A DNA stretch of 64,000 nucleotides. Origin: an uncultured virus (IMG/VR IMGVR_UViG_3300005617_000382) (taxonomy: Duplodnaviria > Heunggongvirae > Uroviricota > Caudoviricetes). Positions 1 through 7,550 of the stretch are shown here, in pieces (the first letter of the stretch is position 1; each line of letters begins with the position of its first letter). The DNA lies in IMG/VR virus record IMGVR_UViG_3300005617_000382. The stretch is one strand, 5' to 3'. The notes beneath the pieces were generated by a model. It made no database searches. It was given only the letters and a program-made list of their open reading frames with translations, and had not been told where the DNA came from. Made by a program: the position numbers and the translations under genes.

Positions 1-56
1 CTCGGCGTGATGGAGTCGAAGATCCACGCCGCGGTCCGCCGCCGCAGTGCCGCTCA

Positions 57-1535
57 CTAGAACGCGCCGAGCGTGACGTCGAAGTCGTCGCGAACGAGCT
101 GCAGGGTGATCTTCCCGTCGTGTAACTGGCCGAGGCTCACCGGTCCGACTCGCATGACCATGTGGTCAACCCCGAGCTTCGGATACGTCAGCGTGACCAC
201 GTCGCCTGGGCGGATCTGGTAGAAGTTGCGATTGACGATGACGGTCGCCGTGATCACCGGTCGCGACGCCGCGGCAGCATCCCTGGACGCCAGCTTCTTC
301 GCGAGCGCCTCGTCGCTGCACCCGGCGTAGTGAACGTCAACGCTTCGCAGGCCGCGCTGAGATTGCGAGAACGCGTTCGCGGCGTTCTGGCCGATCGCGA
401 GACCGTCGACGTAGTTGTTCTGCCGGTTGGTGAACGAAACCCGGACCTGGTTGTACGTCTCGGACACGCCCCCGACAACGAACCAACCGGGACTCGGCGC
501 CTCCATGTTGTCGGGGTTGATGTCGTCGAGGTCGTTGACGTTGTAGTCGGCGCGGATGAGCTTGAGCACGAGCTTCCCGGTCGTCGGCTCCTCGTAGAGG
601 ACAGCGCCGATCTGACGGAGCACGTCGGCGATGAGCGCGGACGCTTCCTCGACGCCGGTGATCGCGCGCGAATATCCGTGCCCTTCAGAAAACAGCGTGC
701 TCGCTGTGGCAACGAAGCTGGCGGTGTCGATCTTGCTCGTCGGAAAGCCTAGCTTCCCCCACGGTGAGGTGAGCAGGTCGAAGATCACAGCCGCTGGGCA
801 CGCGTCGTCGGCGAGCGAGAAGCCGAGATGGCTGACCGTGCCGGTCGACAGCGAACGAACCTCGAACGAGTACGACGTGAAGTTCGGCATCTCGCCGATT
901 TCCCAGTCATAGAGCAGGCAGATCGCTTGGTTCCGGTAGCCAGGCATGAGCGTCTCTTCGATCAGGGCCGGATGATCGAAGCGCCCCGGATACCACTTGG
1001 AGGTCGTCTGCCGCGTCTGCAGCACCGTGTGGTTATCGGGGTCCATGTCGTTGATGTAATCGCTGACCTGCTGATCGGGTCGGCCGTCGAAGAATTCGAT
1101 CTCGCCGAAGATCCCGCCGCCCTTGGTGTCCCCGCCGTAGACATCGAATGCGTTGACCGAGAAGTACCGGAACCGTCCCGGTCGCGTCATCGAGTCAGGT
1201 GGACGCGCTGCGATGTCGAGGTGGAAGTCTCCGGCGTAGATCGACACCAGGTCGGTGCTGCCTCCGTAGAACGGAATGCCGACAACAAAGAGCATGTCGA
1301 CAACAAAGGCAACCCCGACCGCACCGCGCGGAACGAGCAGCCAGTTCCCGATCCATGCGAGCGTCGGCGCATCGACGCGGCAGCGTCCGTAGATCATGGG
1401 CAGCGGTGCGCCCTCGTCGGTGCGAGGCACGTTGTTGACACCGGCCGGCGCCACACGATCGGGTCTGAAGAAGATGTCGTGAATCACCCACGACGTTCCG
1501 AACACGATCACTTCGCCGATGAGCAGGCCGAACAT
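57..1535 (-). CDS. Tail tip / baseplate hub protein (putative phage tail protein family)
   Basis: N-terminal PRTDEGAPLPMIYGR motif typical of tail-tip proteins; C-terminal '(R)PGDVVTL.YPKLG...MVMRV'; lies after the DUF2163-like gene. Start moved to ATG 1535, just downstream of the upstream gene's stop. Confidence 0.75.
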   Translation of the reverse strand: MFGLLIGEVIVFGTSWVIHDIFFRPDRVAPAGVNNVPRTDEGAPLPMIYGRCRVDAPTLAWIGNWLLVPRGAVGVAFVVDMLFVVGIPFYGGSTDLVSIYAGDFHLDIAARPPDSMTRPGRFRYFSVNAFDVYGGDTKGGGIFGEIEFFDGRPDQQVSDYINDMDPDNHTVLQTRQTTSKWYPGRFDHPALIEETLMPGYRNQAICLLYDWEIGEMPNFTSYSFEVRSLSTGTVSHLGFSLADDACPAAVIFDLLTSPWGKLGFPTSKIDTASFVATASTLFSEGHGYSRAITGVEEASALIADVLRQIGAVLYEEPTTGKLVLKLIRADYNVNDLDDINPDNMEAPSPGWFVVGGVSETYNQVRVSFTNRQNNYVDGLAIGQNAANAFSQSQRGLRSVDVHYAGCSDEALAKKLASRDAAAASRPVITATVIVNRNFYQIRPGDVVTLTYPKLGVDHMVMRVGPVSLGQLHDGKITLQLVRDDFDVTLGAF

Positions 1536-1537
1536 GA

Positions 1538-2386
1538 CTACGTCTGCTGGATGACGCCGATGCCCTTCGGCATCCACGGGTTGATGGTGTTGGTCATCTC
1601 GGGATGCCCGCCGAAGTTGGCGACGTTGGCGAACTTGTCACGGCATTCCAACACCGAGTGGTTGCAGCTCGCGGACACGGCCACGAGGTCTCCGTTGGCC
1701 GCGGCGTAGAACGGCTGATCGATCGTCAGCGTCGTGCCGACCTGCGCGAGCACCTGGCGACGCTCACCGGTGGCCACATGGATCACCTCGCCGGCCGGAG
1801 CCGCCCAGCCGCTCGGCTGTCCACCCATCGAGGCCACCACGAGCGTCGTTCCGCTCTGCGAGCTGATGGTGGTGTTCACCGTGAACGACGATCGCGCGGG
1901 CCCGTCGCCAGGGTTACAGCGCGCGTCGAACAGAACATGGTTACAGATTCGCTGTGCTCGGATGACGGGTAGCCGCACCTTCATCGCGTCATCGGTGATC
2001 GACGGCGTGCGCAGCATGGCGACGTTCGCGTCGCACGACATGCCGACGACGAACCCGGTGAACTGCTGCTGCGCCTGGCCGCTCTTCTCTTGCAGCCGCA
2101 CGAGCGTCACCTGAACCTCGCGCTCGGGTACGCCACGGGATGCAAAGCGCTGAACGAGCGGATGCGTGATCGGCAGGTAGACCACGAGCTCGCGACCGGT
2201 GAGATCCTGCGCGACCTGCAGATCGCTACGGCTCATCGTCAGCGCCGTGTACGTCGCACCGGCGTAGCCCACATCGACGACATGCGAGGTCAGTCGATAC
2301 GTCACCGTCGGCGTCGTGATCGTGTACAGATCGATCGGCCGGTTCTGCGATGAGCTGCGCTCGTCTTCGTCGAAGGTCGTCGCCAT
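1538..2386 (-). CDS. DUF2163/BR0599-like phage tail protein (Cys-coordinating hub/tip)
   Basis: C.H.LFDARC and 'SCNHSVLECRDKFANVANFGGHP' motifs characteristic of the BR0599 family. Confidence 0.8.
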   Translation of the reverse strand: MATTFDEDERSSSQNRPIDLYTITTPTVTYRLTSHVVDVGYAGATYTALTMSRSDLQVAQDLTGRELVVYLPITHPLVQRFASRGVPEREVQVTLVRLQEKSGQAQQQFTGFVVGMSCDANVAMLRTPSITDDAMKVRLPVIRAQRICNHVLFDARCNPGDGPARSSFTVNTTISSQSGTTLVVASMGGQPSGWAAPAGEVIHVATGERRQVLAQVGTTLTIDQPFYAAANGDLVAVSASCNHSVLECRDKFANVANFGGHPEMTNTINPWMPKGIGVIQQT

Positions 2387-2388
2387 GG

Positions 2389-2754
2389 CTACGAGGTCTT
2401 TCCGATCATGATCCAGCGCCCGGTGGAGATCGCGGCGTTGTAGCGATACCAGAGGCAGCCCGCGCCCGTTCCGCCGCTGACGTCGGTCAGCCCTGCGTTG
2501 CGAAATCGGTTCGTCGCTGCGCTCGCGGACCCGCTCTCGTGAGCGCCCGTGAACTGGAAGCTGCTGTTGTTGACGTTCGACAGGCAGACCACCATGCCGT
2601 CAACATTTCCGCCCGTCGCGAAGAGACCAAAGATCGTGACGTTACCGGTGCTAGTCAGGTTGACGATCGTGGTCCGCCCCAGCGCGAGTACGAGCTCCTG
2701 GTTGCCCGTGAGAATCGCGGGCGTGAGCACGGTGGTGAACAGGTTGCCAGCCAC
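2389..2754 (-). CDS. Tail-associated protein, paralogous to C-terminal domain of 2791-4668
   Basis: Shares GMV.C..N.N...HE...RF.NAGL...LWYRYNAA..RWI with the neighbouring ORF; late promoter motif upstream. Confidence 0.6.
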   Translation of the reverse strand: MAGNLFTTVLTPAILTGNQELVLALGRTTIVNLTSTGNVTIFGLFATGGNVDGMVVCLSNVNNSSFQFTGAHESGSASAATNRFRNAGLTDVSGGTGAGCLWYRYNAAISTGRWIMIGKTS

Positions 2755-2790
2755 GAGATCAGCGTCGCCGTCCGTCGGCCGTGGGGCGAT

Positions 2791-4668
2791 TCACAGGATC
2801 TGGATCCAGCGCTGGACCGCGGCGTTGTACCGGTACCAGAGCGACTTGCCGGCGCCGCCCTGCGAGATCAGCCCCGCGTTGTGGAAGCGGCGCAGCGCTG
2901 GCGTGATGCCGGTGTCCTCGTGGTTGCAGCTCGCGGCGAACGCAGCCGTGTTGTTGTTTGCGATACAGAGCACCATACCGTCCTCGGCCTCGACGGTCCC
3001 GGCGCCTACCAGGACGCCGCCGAAGCCGAGCGTCCGATCGCTCGTGAAGTTGAAGAGGTAGGTGTGGCCGCCGGCCGGAATCGAGAACGGCTGCGTCGTC
3101 GGCGGAGTGTCCGGCGGGATCCCTGAGTAGGCGAAGTTTTGCGTAACGATCCGGTCGAAGATGAACCTCGACGGAACGTCGAGGGCATCCTGGCATACGC
3201 TCACCGGCTCGTTGATCTCGAAGGTGCCACCGTCCCACATCACCTCGATGTCGTCGCGTTCGAATCGGACCTGCTCTAGGAATGAGACCTTGGTGACGGT
3301 GCCGGACACGCTGACGTCGAGCGCGATCGTCAGCGTACCGTCGAGGTTGTCGGTCACTCCGAGGACCTCGAAGTACCCGACCTGTCCGCTCGCGGTGATA
3401 GCGAGCCGCCGGTGCGCGCCCGAGGCAAACCAGCTGACGTAGTCACCGGCACCGGCCACCGACGAGCTCTGCACCTTGATGCCGCCGGACACCGTCGTGA
3501 TGAACACCAGGTCCGGCGTATTTGTCGACAGCGCGAACACCCCCTGGCGACCGCGTAGATGCCGGATGAACGCCTTGAACCACGCCCAGTCGGCCACCGA
3601 AGACGACCGGTATCTGACCGACCTGGCCCAGTCCGGCGTGTCGCGCGCGCCGATGTTGAACGGCAGCGCTCCGAGATCCACGACCTCGTTACCGCCGTCC
3701 AGCGCCTCGGATGTGGTGTCCTCGGTCGCGTTGATCCGATCCCAGATCAGTAGATCCTCGTCGGTCAGGCTCGCGAACGGAACGTTGGGCCCGTCCGTGA
3801 ACGTCGTCATCAAGCCACCGACGCCCATCGCATCGGAACCGGCGTACCCGAACCCGGCCGCTCGAGCCCTTATTGACCATAAGTCAACAGACACCGGATA
3901 CCGCGTGAACCCTTGCTGCGGATCGAGCAGCACCGGGATGATCGGCATGAGCCTTCCGCCGGCGCGGCCCGCGGTACCCAGTGTTGACGCAATGACGTTT
4001 CCGTTCGCGTCGACGCGTGCGACCGTGATGGTCGTGCTGGTGCTGCCCTGGATGACTACGCCTACCGAGGTCCCGTCCGGAGCCAACACGATGCACCGTT
4101 GGCCGGGGATATCCCAGTCGGTGTCCACGGACACCTGAACCGCAATGACGAGCCCCGGAGAGTCCGCGGTGATCACGATCTCCTCGAACGGCAACGCGAG
4201 CATGAACGTCGAGCCGGCCGCCGCGGTACGCATCAGGGTACCGCGAATGTCTCGGCTGCTACCGTCGAGCAGGAACGCCGTGCCCTCGAACCGTCGCTTG
4301 GGTTGCGCGAACGGTGAGATGCGCTGCTCGGTCCCTGAGTACATCGTGATGATTGAGGTCGACCAGCTGTAGATGACCTTGGTCCCGGGCTCGAGAGAGA
4401 GAACGAACGTCGTCGATCCGATGTCGCCGGATCCGGAAATCGCCAGCTGTAGGCCCTCGTCGACGAATGCCTGGTATCCGCGCAACCAGGGCTCGCGCCA
4501 GTACGGCCAGTGGTGCTGCGGCTTGCCACGATCGAAATCGATCGTCATCGGCGGCCCGGGGCCGGGCATGTTCGGCAGATCGTCGTCGGCGATACGCCGA
4601 ACGATCGGACTCGGCGTCGCCCACACCACTGATCGCGGTGGTGGCGGATCGTCGTCGAACATCGTCAC
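2791..4668 (-). CDS. Minor tail protein (distal-tail-like) with C-terminal accessory domain
   Basis: 'WSTSIITMYSGTEQRI' and 'F..HLRGRQGVF' motifs seen in tail proteins upstream of DUF2163 genes; synteny. Confidence 0.6.
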   Translation of the reverse strand: MTMFDDDPPPPRSVVWATPSPIVRRIADDDLPNMPGPGPPMTIDFDRGKPQHHWPYWREPWLRGYQAFVDEGLQLAISGSGDIGSTTFVLSLEPGTKVIYSWSTSIITMYSGTEQRISPFAQPKRRFEGTAFLLDGSSRDIRGTLMRTAAAGSTFMLALPFEEIVITADSPGLVIAVQVSVDTDWDIPGQRCIVLAPDGTSVGVVIQGSTSTTITVARVDANGNVIASTLGTAGRAGGRLMPIIPVLLDPQQGFTRYPVSVDLWSIRARAAGFGYAGSDAMGVGGLMTTFTDGPNVPFASLTDEDLLIWDRINATEDTTSEALDGGNEVVDLGALPFNIGARDTPDWARSVRYRSSSVADWAWFKAFIRHLRGRQGVFALSTNTPDLVFITTVSGGIKVQSSSVAGAGDYVSWFASGAHRRLAITASGQVGYFEVLGVTDNLDGTLTIALDVSVSGTVTKVSFLEQVRFERDDIEVMWDGGTFEINEPVSVCQDALDVPSRFIFDRIVTQNFAYSGIPPDTPPTTQPFSIPAGGHTYLFNFTSDRTLGFGGVLVGAGTVEAEDGMVLCIANNNTAAFAASCNHEDTGITPALRRFHNAGLISQGGAGKSLWYRYNAAVQRWIQIL

Positions 4669-4674
4669 CGGAGA

Positions 4675-5154
4675 TCACCACTCCTGGTGCTCGGCCGCGA
4701 ACTCGAACAGCATCGAGACCGCAGCTCCAACATCCTGGCAGGAGATCGACCCGCCGTTTCCCGCAGCGATGCCGACCATGTGATCCGGGTTGAGTGCGAC
4801 CCATTGGTTCGGGCTCGTGGCTCCACAGGTGACGATCGGCCCGGCGTTAGTCCGCGTGGTCCCCGAGGTCGGCCGACTAGCTCCAGTGGTCACGGCTGCC
4901 GGCATCCCGGCATCCTTCGGAACGATCGCCAGGCCGGTTCCCGCAGTCGACGCCGTTCCCCATTTCATGACACGAAGCGCGATCGCCGACAGCGACGTGA
5001 CTGCCGACCCCTTGCCACCGGCCATCAGCATCGCCAGGTACGTCGATCGCGTGGCGCCAGGCTTCAGAAAGAACGTCTCGGTCTCCGTGTTTGCGGTGCC
5101 GTTCGTCGTCAGGTTTCCGGCGGTGGCGAGGGAGTCCGTGTAGATGAACGGCAT
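4675..5154 (-). CDS. Hypothetical virion structural protein
   Basis: Thr/Gly/Ala-rich 159 aa ORF in the tail module, preceded by the late promoter motif. Confidence 0.5.
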   Translation of the reverse strand: MPFIYTDSLATAGNLTTNGTANTETETFFLKPGATRSTYLAMLMAGGKGSAVTSLSAIALRVMKWGTASTAGTGLAIVPKDAGMPAAVTTGASRPTSGTTRTNAGPIVTCGATSPNQWVALNPDHMVGIAAGNGGSISCQDVGAAVSMLFEFAAEHQEW

Positions 5155-5189
5155 GCCCTACGGTCGCGTTCGTAGGCGCCCGGGGCGAT

Positions 5190-6026
5190 TCACGGGATGA
5201 CAGTGACCTGGATGTCTCGGCCGGTGAGCAGGAGCTTGACCTCGCTGGATCCCTGGCCGCCGATCGCGATGTCGAACGGCGTCGTGTTGATGTTCGGGAT
5301 CAACGACACAACGGCCGGCGCCAGCCGATCGGCCAACATGACAACCCCGGCCGGGGTGAAGTGCGCGCCGTCCAGCGTCGGGATTCCGGACGAGCTGACG
5401 AGCGCACACCGCGACGTCTCGGCCGCGAATGAGGCCGCGGCGTCGACCACAAGTCCGGTACTGCCGCCCGTGTACGTCGACGGGATCTGGTACAGCACGA
5501 TACCTGCACCTGGGTAGCGCGGACGGACCGCGGCGCGGAACGCCCGCATGTTAGCCAGGCAGTTTGTGGCGTCGGGCGACTCGTTCGCATCGGCCTCCCC
5601 GAGGACCGGGATCCAGATGTCAGGCGACGCGTCCATCGCCGCCATCTGCTCGTCGACGAAATCGAACAGCTGGCCCAGCAGCGGCGGGCCACCGGCCGGG
5701 AAAGCCGGATTCATCCACTCGTCTTCCCAGCCCGATCCCGAGACGGTCATCTTCACGAACGCCCACGAGTCCGGCCGAATCGCGTCAAGCAGCCGACCGA
5801 GGCGCAGCTCGGGGCCAGCGCACCCGGCTGGCACCCCGGCTACGGCATGATCCCTTGCGGACAGCACGCGTAGATCCTCGTTGACCCACTCCGTTGTCGG
5901 CCCGGCGGCTGCGTTCCGTTCGGCCAGCGGGACAGCCGAGTACGGCTCCGCGAGGCCCATATCGGAAGCCAGCACGCGACCCAGTGCCTGGCTGTGACCG
6001 AACAGGACGACTCCGGTTCGGGTCAT
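5190..6026 (-). CDS. SGNH-family carbohydrate O-acetylesterase (sialate O-acetylesterase-like)
   Basis: Block I 'LFGHSQ', 'GPELRLG', 'LGEAD' and catalytic 'DGAHF' (DxxH). ATG 6026 overlaps the upstream stop (ATGA). Confidence 0.7.
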   Translation of the reverse strand: MTRTGVVLFGHSQALGRVLASDMGLAEPYSAVPLAERNAAAGPTTEWVNEDLRVLSARDHAVAGVPAGCAGPELRLGRLLDAIRPDSWAFVKMTVSGSGWEDEWMNPAFPAGGPPLLGQLFDFVDEQMAAMDASPDIWIPVLGEADANESPDATNCLANMRAFRAAVRPRYPGAGIVLYQIPSTYTGGSTGLVVDAAASFAAETSRCALVSSSGIPTLDGAHFTPAGVVMLADRLAPAVVSLIPNINTTPFDIAIGGQGSSEVKLLLTGRDIQVTVIP

Positions 6027-7177
6027 GCTGGCCTCAGCGCGAGCATGATGCTGGCCCGGGTGGATGTCGTCGCCAGCGCAGCCGTGGTGGCTCCGAACGT
6101 GCCAGCGCTCTCCTTGACGCCGGTGGCGACCGCGACGCCGTAGCCGACCGACACGGCGCTCTGCGCGTCGCTCCGCTCGGTGAGCCCGGCCAGCGCCGCG
6201 TTCGTCCAGCCCGACACCTGCGGCGCCGAGCTGTCGATGCGCAGTGCGGAGATCAGCGCGATCAGGCACTGGGGCACCGTCGTGATCCCTCCGGGCACCG
6301 ACAGCGTGGTACTCGTGCCCGCCGTGTCCCCGTGTGCGTCGTCGATCGGGCTGCCGGTGGCGACGCAGCCACGCACCACGAAGATCTGTGACACCTTGGC
6401 GTCGTCGATGATGTCCGCGACGACCGGATTAGCGGGTGCAGAATCAGCAGCCCGACACCAGGCGACCTGCAGCCGGGCGTTCAGGTCAGCTGCGTTGTCG
6501 TGCTGCGGGGACGCGTTATTGAGCGTCACCTCCGAGAACCCACCTACGTTGACGTTGTAGGTGTTCGATCCGAGCGCTGAGAGCACCAGGATGCCGATGT
6601 CGCCCGCCTGCACCTGACCAGCCGGCCACGTTGGCGCCGCCGGCTGCGCGCTGCTCGCGACGTTCAGCGGTCCCGCAGCCACGAACACGGGCGGATTCGA
6701 GCTCGCCACCGCGACGTCGTGGCTGACCGATCCGGTCGCCCCAAGATCGTCGGTCACGGCAAGCGTCACGGTGTACGTTCCGGCGCTCGTGTAGGTATGT
6801 TGCGGGTTCTGCTCCGTCGAAGTCCCGCCGTCACCGAACGTCCAGGCCCAGCCGACAACGAAGCCGTCCGGATCTCGGCTGGCGTCGGTGAACGTCACCG
6901 CGAGCGTCGCGGACTGCGCAGAGAATGCTGCGATCGGATTCGCGGTCCCCGACGGCGGCGCCAGCGAGCTGCACCCACGATCAACTCCGTTGTCGTAGAT
7001 GGCCCGGTACATCCTGATGTTGTCCGGTACTTCCATGGAGTAGCTGCCATCGCCGCCGTTGACCGCCGTCGTGCCGATCACCGCCACCGCGCCAGTCAGC
7101 GCCACGACCTGCACCGGAGTGTCGTCCGGCGCAGGAAGCCCGTCGATTGTGACCGTCCCGGCCACGATATATGTCAT
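6023..7177 (-). CDS. PKD (Ig-like) domain virion protein
   Basis: 'PIAAFS...VTFTDASRDPDGFVVGWAWTFGDGGTSTEQNPQHTYTSAGTYTVTLAVTDDLG' is a canonical PKD domain. Confidence 0.85.
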   Translation of the reverse strand: MTYIVAGTVTIDGLPAPDDTPVQVVALTGAVAVIGTTAVNGGDGSYSMEVPDNIRMYRAIYDNGVDRGCSSLAPPSGTANPIAAFSAQSATLAVTFTDASRDPDGFVVGWAWTFGDGGTSTEQNPQHTYTSAGTYTVTLAVTDDLGATGSVSHDVAVASSNPPVFVAAGPLNVASSAQPAAPTWPAGQVQAGDIGILVLSALGSNTYNVNVGGFSEVTLNNASPQHDNAADLNARLQVAWCRAADSAPANPVVADIIDDAKVSQIFVVRGCVATGSPIDDAHGDTAGTSTTLSVPGGITTVPQCLIALISALRIDSSAPQVSGWTNAALAGLTERSDAQSAVSVGYGVAVATGVKESAGTFGATTAALATTSTRASIMLALRPA

Positions 7178-7199
7178 GCCTCGAGCGTCACACGCTGGT

Positions 7200-7550
7200 T
7201 CATCCGGGGCGATCGCGCGCCAGCCTCGCGAGCGAGCTGCTCGGGTCGTCTAGCACTCGCGCCTGCTCGGCGTCGGTCAGGATCCGACCGTAGGTGTCCA
7301 GCATCTCGGCAGTGGCGACCTGCGCGAACGCTTCGTCAGGAACCAGCATCGTACCGACGAGCGGCGACCAGCGCTCGGCGCATGACTCGCACAGGTACCC
7401 GACGTATCCACTGCCCGGCTCCGGCTCGTTGCGGTACCCGTGCTGCTTGTGGCAGTTCATGCAGAACAACGGGATGCACCAGGTGCCGTTGATCTGGATA
7501 CGGCCGCGAACCTCGCGCGCCGTGCAGATGGGCAGGATGTCGACGCTCAT
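7200..7550 (-). CDS. Hypothetical protein with two CxxC motifs
   Basis: CMNC...CESC; start overlaps the tape measure stop. Confidence 0.5.
   Translation of the reverse strand: MSVDILPICTAREVRGRIQINGTWCIPLFCMNCHKQHGYRNEPEPGSGYVGYLCESCAERWSPLVGTMLVPDEAFAQVATAEMLDTYGRILTDAEQARVLDDPSSSLARLARDRPG

Noticed and set aside
2389..3170. Diversity-generating retroelement template/variable repeat pair
   Set aside because: No reverse transcriptase is visible, and the duplicated domains differ at many non-adenine positions and by indels.
5190..6269. ORF-track N-terminal extensions (also 13525-14175, 14598-15551, 27143-28054, 33822-34697, 38509-39237)
   Set aside because: The extensions overlap upstream genes in another frame. 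Downstream starts coupled to the upstream stop, or with an RBS, fit better.
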